This document shows, piece after piece, positions 10,039 through 17,660 of a DNA stretch of 64,000 nucleotides. The translations under genes and the position numbers were made by a program. The DNA is from Alphaproteobacteria bacterium (GTDB taxonomy: Bacteria > Pseudomonadota > Alphaproteobacteria > SPJN01). Every line of letters begins with the position of its first letter. The first letter of the stretch is position 1. Below the pieces are notes generated by a model that ran no database searches, was not told the DNA's origin, and saw nothing but the letters and a program-made list of their open reading frames with translations. The stretch lies in contig CBDDKB010000002.1 of NCBI GenBank assembly GCA_965229935.1, positions 637,213 through 701,212 on the forward strand, read 5' to 3'.

Positions 10039-11153
10039 GGCAGTTTCTTCGTAATCTGTTTTATAAGACCGACGAAACGGAACACTTAATAGGCGCCTTG
10101 GCAGACAAAACGGGCGTGTCAGTGCCGTTTTCCAAAGTCGATGAGGTCATTAAATCCCATCCGCAGCCAGCCCTGTTTGTAGATCGTTTGAACGCGGTTT
10201 TGTCGAGCGAACTGAAGGGGTCATACAAAAAGCTATCAGAGGTCGAGTTAAAGGGGCCACTTGGGCTGCCCAGTTTCGGTTCCGAAGATCTTGACCGGAT
10301 GAGCGCCATATTGGCCTTGCTATTTCCCAAGACTGCGCAGAAGCGGTCAACCCTGTTTGATGACGCGTTGGTGAATGATACCTGCGCGCGCCTTGAGGAA
10401 CAGGGTTATGCTGTCCTGCCGGCAGTGATTAGTGATGAAAAGATTCATTCCTTGATCGACATGTTGGGTAGTTCTAAGCATCGTTTTTTGGAGCTTGAAA
10501 CCAAGGCTGTTCATCTTGGTTATGATCCCGAAGATGCCTTGGCATCGAAGTCCAACACAGTTTTGATCGAAAGTCATGATCTGTTGAATGCGGAAGAAGC
10601 TGTGCGGGATATCGCCTATGATCCCGGAATGCTTGAAATTGCGCAGACCTATCTGGGGGCAGCGCCGATCCATGTGCACACGAATGCGTGGTGGAGTGTT
10701 AACCACAGGCAAGATTATCAGGCGCTTGCAGCGTCGGCGCAGCAATTTCACCAAGACCGCGGTTTCGTTAAATTTCTGAAAGTGTTCTTGTACTTGACCG
10801 ATGTTGGTGAAGAAAATGGTCCTCATGAATATGTGGCAGGATCAGTAAAAGATTTTCGAAAAGCAGTAAAACGACGGCATAAATCCGGAAAACGCTATAC
10901 GCGCGAGCATATGGTCAAAACATTTGGCGAGGAACGCGTTGTCAGTATGGTTGCGCCAAAGGGTACGATGATTTTTGAAGATACTTATGGCTTTCATCGT
11001 GGCGTGCCGGTGCAATCAGGGCATAGGTTCGTCATGGAACTGATTTACGCGAATTCGCTTTTTTGCAGCCAAGTTGTACGCTTTACAGATGCGCCTACAA
11101 ACGTCCCCGTTGACAAGGCGCAAGCCAGCCGTCTTTTGGCAAATTATGATTAA
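10035..11153 (+). CDS. Putative Fe(II)/2-oxoglutarate dioxygenase, PhyH (phytanoyl-CoA dioxygenase)-like C-terminal domain. The N-terminal ~190 aa are unassigned.
   Basis: FHQD (HxD) followed by LYLTDVGEENGPHEYVAGS and a distal FHRG His. ATGA overlap with the hisH-like stop implies co-translation. Confidence 0.55.
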   Translation: MRQFLRNLFYKTDETEHLIGALADKTGVSVPFSKVDEVIKSHPQPALFVDRLNAVLSSELKGSYKKLSEVELKGPLGLPSFGSEDLDRMSAILALLFPKTAQKRSTLFDDALVNDTCARLEEQGYAVLPAVISDEKIHSLIDMLGSSKHRFLELETKAVHLGYDPEDALASKSNTVLIESHDLLNAEEAVRDIAYDPGMLEIAQTYLGAAPIHVHTNAWWSVNHRQDYQALAASAQQFHQDRGFVKFLKVFLYLTDVGEENGPHEYVAGSVKDFRKAVKRRHKSGKRYTREHMVKTFGEERVVSMVAPKGTMIFEDTYGFHRGVPVQSGHRFVMELIYANSLFCSQVVRFTDAPTNVPVDKAQASRLLANYD

Positions 11154-11164
11154 GGGGCAAGACG

Positions 11165-12049
11165 ATGGCTGAACCTCTATTTATTTTGGGCTATCCGAAG
11201 ACGGCGAGTTCCAACTTGGTCGGCATCTTGAACTGTCATCCCGACATTTTCATGCTTTATGAAACCAACTTACGGTCATCGGCAATGTCACGTTATGCGC
11301 AGCAATTGGTTGATGCGTGGCCTGAAACCCGAGGGCTTGTCTATGCGGAGCAGCCGATTGGCAAGCCATATGAGAAGCTTGGCGGCATGCTGCGTGAGAA
11401 ATATGGGCGCGATTACCGCTATGTCGGCGACAAGTTTGCAGGAGAACCTGCCGCAGATTTTACCGGCCTGCCAGGTAAGGTGATGTTCAGCTTGCGGGAT
11501 ATCCGAACATGGCTTGCGAAATCGTCTGTGCAATCCATCTACCAGATTGAAATGGACATCGTTCCGATTGCAATAGATTTTACGGCATTCTTGATGCGCA
11601 CGCATTTGATGCCCCACGGCATGCGGGTCAAGATGGAAGACCTGCTGGCTGATGACACAAGCCTGTTTAAGAAGATTGACGATTTTCTCGATCTAGATTT
11701 ATCCGGTCATGCCGCCCGGTGGTGGCAGGATGTGGGGAAATATAAATCATCTGATCCTAAATCATTGCAAAATTGGGCAAAAGGCCACCCATCATCAACG
11801 ACTAAACCAGCGGGCGAGGACACTGCCGCGGAGTTGGCTGATCACCCCTTTTGGGACGAAATTCTTCCCTTGTTTGACAAATATTATCAGGCGGACAACT
11901 GTTTCAGCGCCGCTGACGTTGAGGGGGATCTAAAGGCGCTAAGGGGGATAGGCGCAATGTCTCCCGTTCGGCTTGACGAAGCCTTTGTCGAAATCACATC
12001 CCATTCAATTGCGAAAAAATCAAAGAGCCGCCTGTTTAAATGGAAATGA
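11165..12049 (+). CDS. Putative sulfotransferase-family protein.
   Basis: FILGYPKTASSNLVGILNCHPDI resembles the 5'-PSB loop (xPKxxxTxL...HP). SLRDIRTW resembles the 3'-PB RDxRD segment. Starts 11 bp after the upstream gene. Confidence 0.45.
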   Translation: MAEPLFILGYPKTASSNLVGILNCHPDIFMLYETNLRSSAMSRYAQQLVDAWPETRGLVYAEQPIGKPYEKLGGMLREKYGRDYRYVGDKFAGEPAADFTGLPGKVMFSLRDIRTWLAKSSVQSIYQIEMDIVPIAIDFTAFLMRTHLMPHGMRVKMEDLLADDTSLFKKIDDFLDLDLSGHAARWWQDVGKYKSSDPKSLQNWAKGHPSSTTKPAGEDTAAELADHPFWDEILPLFDKYYQADNCFSAADVEGDLKALRGIGAMSPVRLDEAFVEITSHSIAKKSKSRLFKWK

Positions 12050-12154
12050 TTATTCCATTTCCTGTTCGTTGCGGCGGTTGATCGGCGTCTTATCGGTAAA
12101 GCTAAGGGGCCAGGTGCTGTACTGCGCCTGATCAGCTCGGATGATAGCGCATGA

Positions 12155-12459
12155 TCAAGTGCCTGTGGGATTGCCGCGATTGGCGGCCTCGTTCGGGGGA
12201 TAGCCAAAATAGCCTTTAAAGGCCTGCGTAAAGTTTGCGGGCTGTTGATAGCCGACACGATATGCGATTTGGGCAATCTGGATATCACCCGCCTTTAACA
12301 GGCGCATCGCCTCCTCCATGCGTAGTTTCAGGGTAAAGTTCATCGGACTGATGCCATATTCCTGCCGGAACCCGGCTGTCAGCTTTCGGCGGCTGACGCC
12401 AACGGCGCGCGCAATTTCGTCAAGGTTGGGTGGTTTGCGATGTCTAACGTCAGGCCCTA
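12155..12459 (-). pseudogene. AraC-family transcriptional regulator remnant. Only the C-terminal HTH domain is left; the N-terminal domain is replaced by the IS end.
   Basis: Reverse-strand translation reads RHRKPPNLDEIARAVGVSRRKLTAGFRQEYGISPMNFTLKLRMEEAMRLLKAGDIQIAQIAYRVGYQQPANFTQAFKGYFGYPP. Homology stops at the IS terminus (12460). Confidence 0.7.
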
Positions 12460-12563
12460 TGGAACAGTCTTAGGGTAATTGTATCAGGAGGATTTCTGGC
12501 TCATCGTAACGACGTAGGGGGTGAGCAGGCAGCGCGCCATTGGTTCGAGCGCAACTGCGAACA

Positions 12564-13064
12564 ATGAGACAGAAATCCAACAATCATAAAGATGCCGCCG
12601 AACGGACCGTGAAGGACATTCGCAGGCGGACCCGTAAAACCTATTCAGCCGAAGAGAAGATCAGGATCGTATTGGCCGGTCTGCGCGGTGAAGAAAGCAT
12701 CGCTAGCCTGTGCAGGCAGGAAGGCATTGCCGAGAGCCTGTACTATTCCTGGTCAAAGGAGTTCCTTGAGGCTGGAAAGCAGCGTCTGGCAGGTGATACA
12801 GCCCGTCAGGCCAGCTCCCCTGAGGTGAAGGCGTTGAAGTCAGAAGCATCCGCCTTGAAAGAGGCTGTTGCGGACCTGACGCTTGAGAACCGTTCGTCGG
12901 GAAAATGGTCCCCCGGACCATTTTCTGATCCTCCTCACCCCAAAAAAAGCATGCTGGGGGGTGAGGCCGACAGCGCGCCACTGGTTCGAGCGCAAGGCCG
13001 AACGAGTACGACGAATGAGATATTCCGCATCAGAAAAGCTAGAGATCATCAGAACAGTGGATAA
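12564..13064 (+). CDS. IS3-family transposase OrfA (HTH_Tnp_1-like), atypically extended.
   Basis: RKTYSAEEKIRIVLAGLRGEESIASLCRQEGIAESLYYSWSKEFLEAGKQRLAGD plus a coiled-coil region. It contains an in-frame hairpin-forming insert and an A7 tract before the KKSML motif. Confidence 0.65.
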   Translation: MRQKSNNHKDAAERTVKDIRRRTRKTYSAEEKIRIVLAGLRGEESIASLCRQEGIAESLYYSWSKEFLEAGKQRLAGDTARQASSPEVKALKSEASALKEAVADLTLENRSSGKWSPGPFSDPPHPKKSMLGGEADSAPLVRAQGRTSTTNEIFRIRKARDHQNSG

Positions 13065-14014
13065 CAGCCATTTGCCCGCCAAGCGGACGCTGGACATGCT
13101 GGGAATACCCAGAACCACCTTCTATCGCTGGTATGATAAGTATCTGACATTGGGGGCGGATGGGCTGGAAGACCGCTCTCCCACACCCGGTCATGTCTGG
13201 AACCGTATTCCTGACACTATCCGTGGTGAAGTCGTTGATATGGCCCTGGAAGAAGATGCGCAGGACCTATCACCAAGGGAACTGGCAACGCGGTTTACCG
13301 ACCAAAAAGCCTATTATGTCTCGGGATCAAGTGTTTACCGCATTCTCAAGGCCCATGACCTGATCACCAGCCCCGCTCACACGGTTATCAAGGCTGCTGA
13401 TGAGTTCAGGGACAAGACCACTGCGATCAACCAGCTTTGGCAGACGGAATTTACCTACTTCAAAATCACAGGCTGGGGCTGGTATTACCTCAGCACCATT
13501 CTTGATGATTATTCCCGCTATATCATCTCATGGCGCCAAGTTGACAGAAGAGGGCAGCACGATGAAGGCAGGTGATGTCATGAACACATTGGATGATGCC
13601 ATTGCCGCATCAGGCTGTGACAAGGTTCATATTGCCCACAAACCCACCTTGCTCAGCGACAATGGCAGTTCCTACATCTCGGGACAGCTGGCTGATTATC
13701 TCAGGGCCAATCACATGCGCCACATTCGGGGTGCGCCGCATCACCCTCAAACACAGGGCAAGATTGAACGCTGGCATCAAACCCTGAAGAACAAGATCCT
13801 GCTCAACAATTATTACCTACCCGGTGATCTGGAACAGGAAATCGGTAACTTCATCAATTACTACAATCATCAGCGCTATCACGAGAGCCTGAACAATGTG
13901 ACACCGGCTGACGTGTACTTCGGGCGTCACCACGCCATTCTGAAACGAAGAAAGGAGATTAAAGACAAGACCATCAAAGCACGCCGCTTGATCCATCAGA
14001 CAAAAGCGACTTAA
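13015..14014 (+). pseudogene. IS3-family transposase OrfB (rve integrase core), interrupted by a 1-nt frameshift near 13534-13538.
   Basis: Frame 1 reads MRYSASEKLEIIR...YLSTILDDYSRYIISW and then terminates. The sequence continues in frame 2 as KLTEEGSTMKAGDV...LLSDNGSSYISG...HPQTQGKIERWHQTLK...YNHQRYHESL. Confidence 0.75.
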
Positions 14015-14069
14015 CATCAATCAACAGAGCCAGAACCCTCCTGATCAGACACAGATAATCTGTCCCAAT

Positions 14070-14654
14070 TTATATGAAAACGGACACCTCTTTAAGGGGC
14101 TTGATATTCTGGTAAGGGTTCACAAAGTCATAGCGGCTCGCAGCTTCAGTCATCACCATACGTAGGGGCGTCATGATGTGATTGACCCGCGTTGCTGGTA
14201 ACTGTTTGCCTGTTTCCGGGTTTTCCGCAGCAATGCTTGCTCGAAACTTCAATATATCCGTTTTATTGATTGCAATGACGGGTACACCACCAAATCGGCT
14301 CAACAGATACTTCTGGAAGTTGATCGTGGTCGTATCGATATATGACTGCCGCCACTCGACTTTCTTCTCGTCTATCTATTGCTGGGCAAAGTCAGAGAAG
14401 AGGGGAGCATCTGCATTCAATGCAGCTGCACGTTGGTCGAGTTTATGGAATTCCTCGGCACGACGACTGTTCGGGAAGTATTTACCGTAGTCAAACGTTC
14501 CCAGAACAATCTCGGCTTCAAGACGCTTTAGGATTGTTTGCAGGCGCCGACGATGCTGAGGTAAGTCGTTGAGACCAGTAGCCTCACGACAGCGTTGCTT
14601 CTTATACCTGAAGTCAACGTGAAGCATGTCACCGCGTTTGGTAATTGAAGCCAT
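14070..14654 (-). pseudogene. Tyrosine recombinase (phage-type integrase) remnant. Only the N-terminal arm-binding and SAM-like region is present.
   Basis: MASITKRGDMLHVDFRYKKQRCREATGL (DUF3596-like arm domain). An in-frame TAG lies at 14376-14378 (QQ*IDEKKVEWRQSY). The reading frame ends 3 nt from the IS terminus, and the catalytic domain is absent. Confidence 0.75.
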
Positions 14655-14806
14655 GACGTAATCTGTTAAGCGGTGGCCATAGGCAACATGGCAGGCGCGC
14701 AAGATTCCATGTCCTGTTCAATCTGTTCCCAGATATAAGGGACTTGCGACCGCCAAAGGGGTGGATGTAATGAACGCCTTCAATCAGCACGGAATCTTTA
14801 AGTGAG

Positions 14807-15088
14807 TTGCGGATGGTCCGCGGGGCATACTTGATGCGGGCTGCTAGAGCACTGGTAAGAATGTCTCAAGATGAACTGGTAGAACTCTCTGGCGTATCAA
14901 TCGCAACAATAAGACGATTAGAGGCCAGGGATGGACCGTTACCCAGAAGGTCATCAAGCGGACAAAGAATTATCGAAGTGCTCGAGGGAGCCGGGGTTGT
15001 CTTCACGCCGAGTGACAAGCAAAAGGGGCAGGGCGTTCGCCTAGCAAAGCGAGGCCAATCTCCAAGCGCGTGGCGTCAAAACCTGTAA
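14807..15088 (+). CDS. Small XRE-family helix-turn-helix transcriptional regulator.
   Basis: ARALVRMSQDELVELSGVSIATIRRLE...EVLEGAGVVF. Divergent from the integrase remnant. The start is TTG at 14807 or ATG at 14813. Confidence 0.6.
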   Translation: MRMVRGAYLMRAARALVRMSQDELVELSGVSIATIRRLEARDGPLPRRSSSGQRIIEVLEGAGVVFTPSDKQKGQGVRLAKRGQSPSAWRQNL

Positions 15089-15382
15089 ACAAAATCCAGG
15101 TGCATCGGCGATTTTGAGAAAGGGTGCGCAGAACGGCACTATCAATCTTGGGCGGTCAAACTACAGAATGTCACCGTCTGCATTTCTATAAACTGAATTT
15201 ATTGATTGCTGTTTAATTTGCATGAGGTCACCAAAACTGGATTTGTTGGTGTCTGTTCTGCAGAGCACAAGACTACGAATCTGGGGTCAAGAAAAAGCGA
15301 TTCGTCAGACGAGGCGTGCAGCGCCGAAGGCAGGCGGAGGAAGCCCCCGAAATCTATATTGGGGCCGACCGACGACAATTCT

Positions 15383-15474
15383 CCCCGGTGCGCCACTTCC
15401 GTTCAAAACTGCGAGCTTCTTCCGGGCTTGCTGATTGCCCTTGTATTGCTGCGGCTGCAAGGGCTGCTTTTGAC
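15383..15474. repeat. Copy 1 of a ~92 bp imperfect direct repeat (32 bp near-identical core at 15383-15414).
   Basis: The core CCCCGGTGCGCCACTTCCGTTCAAAACTGCGA matches 21929-21960 at 31 of 32 positions. A second shared block, GCTGCTTTTGAC, lies 80 bp downstream of the core start here and 82 bp downstream in copy 2. Confidence 0.8.
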
Positions 15475-15612
15475 CCTGCGCCCTTGATGCGTGCCTGTGG
15501 CTGGGGAACGGGTTTTGGTGCACAGAACCCGTCGCATGACGGGCTAGTGGCAGAAATCAGTGAAAATCGGAGGCTCAACAACCTGCATCGTTGCTATTCA
15601 TGTATTTTGTAC

Positions 15613-15636
15613 CCCCCGTGTTACTAATCACGGGGG
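15613..15636 (+). terminator. GC-rich stem-loop (possible terminator or insulator upstream of the zur promoter).
   Basis: CCCCCGTG-TTACTAAT-CACGGGGG, an 8 bp perfect stem. No immediate T-run follows, so intrinsic-terminator status is uncertain. Confidence 0.35.
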
Positions 15637-15722
15637 CAACAATTATTGATATTTGTTTCGACAATGATATTGCTGAATTTAATGTGCATTTAACAATCGA
15701 GTTTCACTAATTGTATTGCCGA

Positions 15723-15741
15723 GTGATACAATATAACATCA
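15723..15741 (+). promoter_or_regulatory. Weak candidate Zur box upstream of zur.
   Basis: GTGATACAATATAACATCA carries one good half-site (ATAACAT) and a degenerate partner. It lies 30 bp upstream of the zur ATG. Confidence 0.25.
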
Positions 15742-15770
15742 TAAAATCTGAGTTTCTTGAAGTGTAACCA

Positions 15771-16271
15771 ATGCCTGCTTCCAACAATCCGCAACCATGC
15801 AAAGATCGCAATTGCCGGACCGAGCACAAACCGGAAGAGCGTATTGCGCTCGCCTCATCATTATGTGACGAACGCGGCACCAAGCTAACCAAAACACGAA
15901 GGCAGGTGCTGGAACTGCTGTGGCGAAGTGATCAGCCGATGGGTGCTTACGATCTTATAGATGCGCTTCGTGTCGAAACCGGCAAGACTGTTGCCCCGCC
16001 AACTGTATATCGCGCATTGGATTTCCTGATGACGCAAAATTTGGTCACCAAAATCGAAAGCCTCAACAGCTATATCCCCTGCACCCACCCTGAACGCCCC
16101 CATGATTGCATGTTCTTTTTGTGCAATAGCTGCGGCACGACAATCGAATTGGAAGATCATCGGGTCGAGAAACGCCTTGCTGATGATGCCGCCGCGCTTG
16201 GTTTCCAGGTGACGCGCCGGACGGTCGAAGTCGAAGGCGTGTGCCATGAATGTGCACCTCCCGCCACATAA
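15771..16271 (+). CDS. zur: Fur-family zinc uptake regulator Zur.
   Basis: Winged-helix segment TKTRRQVLELLW...PPTVYRALDFL. Metal-site Cys pairs CNSCG and CHEC. Located in a zinc-transport neighbourhood. Confidence 0.85.
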   Translation: MPASNNPQPCKDRNCRTEHKPEERIALASSLCDERGTKLTKTRRQVLELLWRSDQPMGAYDLIDALRVETGKTVAPPTVYRALDFLMTQNLVTKIESLNSYIPCTHPERPHDCMFFLCNSCGTTIELEDHRVEKRLADDAAALGFQVTRRTVEVEGVCHECAPPAT

Positions 16272-16292
16272 TCGCCCTAAAAACCTAGAAGT

Positions 16293-16934
16293 ATGTGCCA
16301 CCTTTCCACTTTGGCTGCGTTTCAAATGACCAAACTATCAGTTCCCACCGCCTCAATTCTTGCCATCGCAATTTTGGCGTTGCCTTGGTCCTTATCTGCG
16401 CAAGATCACGTCCATAATCATGATCACGACGATCATTACACTGAACGACAACATGAAGCGCACATACACGGCCATGCAGAATTGGGCATTGCTGTGGAAG
16501 GTCATTCTGTTGAGCTTTCACTTGGATCGCCGCTCGCAAATTTTCTGGGGTTTGAGCATACACCGCAAAATGATGATGAGATTGCGGCCCTGAACGACCT
16601 GAAATCACAAATGGCTAGGCCTGGCGACCTATTCAAACTCAGCCCGGCTGCGCAATGCAGCTCCCAATCTGTTGAGATAGAAATTGACGGGCATGAGGGT
16701 CGTGACGAGCATGAAGAACATGGGCATGACGAGCATGGACACGAGGACGCGCATGCAGAATTGCTGGCCGCCTATCGCTTTGCCTGTGCGGCTCCTCAGG
16801 CGCTTAATGATGTTAAGGTAATGCTGTTCACTCTTTTCCCACATTTCGAGGAAATCGACGCCGTTATCCTGACAGACAATGGTCAGACGGCACAAACCCT
16901 GTCTGCGGGCAGCTACGCAATTTCCCTGAAATAG
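16293..16934 (+). CDS. Periplasmic His-rich metal-binding protein, ZrgA-like (DUF2796-type).
   Basis: Signal peptide, with ATG 16326 (MTKLSVPTASILAIAILALPWSLSA) as the more likely start. His-rich runs QDHVHNHDHDDH and HEEHGHDEHGHEDAH. First gene of the ABC cluster. Confidence 0.6.
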   Translation: MCHLSTLAAFQMTKLSVPTASILAIAILALPWSLSAQDHVHNHDHDDHYTERQHEAHIHGHAELGIAVEGHSVELSLGSPLANFLGFEHTPQNDDEIAALNDLKSQMARPGDLFKLSPAAQCSSQSVEIEIDGHEGRDEHEEHGHDEHGHEDAHAELLAAYRFACAAPQALNDVKVMLFTLFPHFEEIDAVILTDNGQTAQTLSAGSYAISLK

Positions 16935-16937
16935 CGC

Positions 16938-17660
16938 ATGAGTGAAACCGCGATCGATATAGAGGGACTGCGTTTCTCATGGGACCGAGGCGCCCTCCTG
17001 CTTAACATCAAGAAAATGACTGTTAAGCCAGGTGAACGTGTGTTTCTTTATGGCCCCAGCGGCAGTGGCAAAAGTACATTGCTTGGGTTGATAGCGGGCG
17101 TGATCGCCCCCCAATCCGGCCAACTGAATATTCTTGGCAATGATCTTGCTGCCATGACGCAAAGCCAGCGTGATCGATTTAGGGCCGATCATATCGGTGT
17201 CATATTTCAAACCTTCAATCTGCTGCCCTACCTTTCGGTGATCGAAAACATTTTGCTGGGGTGCGAGTTTTCAAATGCACGCCGCCATAAAGCAGAACAA
17301 CACAAGGGCGGCGCAGAGGGGGCAGCATCTGAACTACTCGTGCAACTGGGACTTAGCGATGACGTTCGCGACCGCCCCGTGACCGCGCTTAGTATTGGTC
17401 AACAGCAAAGGGTTGCCGTCGCACGCGCTCTTATCGGCGGTCCTGATATTGTGATCGCGGACGAACCGACCTCTGCCCTTGATACCGCGTCGCGTCTGCG
17501 TTTTTTGGACCTGTTAAATGCTGCCTGCGATGCATCCGGCACAACATTACTGTTTGTCAGCCATGACATGACGTTGGCGGCACAATTTGATCGGCAAGTG
17601 GAATTAAATGAGCTTAACAAAAAAACAGCACAATTTGCCGAACAGGGTATGAGCCGATGA
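16938..17660 (+). CDS. ABC transporter ATP-binding protein (LolD/MacB-type; ZrgB-like).
   Basis: Walker A GPSGSGKST, signature LSIGQQQRVAVARAL and Walker B IVIADEPTSALD. Confidence 0.9.
   Translation: MSETAIDIEGLRFSWDRGALLLNIKKMTVKPGERVFLYGPSGSGKSTLLGLIAGVIAPQSGQLNILGNDLAAMTQSQRDRFRADHIGVIFQTFNLLPYLSVIENILLGCEFSNARRHKAEQHKGGAEGAASELLVQLGLSDDVRDRPVTALSIGQQQRVAVARALIGGPDIVIADEPTSALDTASRLRFLDLLNAACDASGTTLLFVSHDMTLAAQFDRQVELNELNKKTAQFAEQGMSR

Larger units (their letters stand above)
12460..14067 (+). mobile_element. IS3-family insertion sequence (~1.6 kb), degenerate copy with no flanking target-site duplication.
   Basis: Imperfect terminal inverted repeats: 12460 TGGAACAG...ATCAGGAGGATTTCTGGCTC 12502, against the reverse complement of 14027-14067, TGGGACAG...ATCAGGAGGGTTCTGGCTC. 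The termini are TG...CA. An orfA (HTH/leucine zipper) and an orfB (rve/DDE integrase) lie inside. Confidence 0.8.

Noticed and set aside
11887-12288. A 133 aa minus-strand ORF overlapping the sulfotransferase-like 3' end and the AraC remnant.
   Set aside because: It overlaps two better-supported reading frames and has Arg/Pro/Ala-rich, featureless composition.
12942-12948. A7 tract considered as a canonical IS3 -1 programmed frameshift site.
   Set aside because: The -1 frame terminates seven codons later (TGA 12962-12964). orfB is in the +1 frame and has its own ATG, so a standard -1 OrfAB fusion is not possible in this copy.
15206-15627. Cluster of overlapping 60-103 aa ORFs on both strands.
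   Set aside because: They are mutually overlapping in every frame and Arg/Pro/Ala-rich as expected from GC-rich non-coding DNA. None has an RBS or a recognisable motif. I treated the region as non-coding (see finding).
15340-15640. Possible tRNA fragment or two-piece tmRNA, prompted by ...CCCCGGTGCGCCA.
   Set aside because: No T-arm (GGTTCGAATCC-like) precedes the CCA-like end. No acceptor partner is present, and there is no tag reading frame ending in ...AA-stop on either strand.
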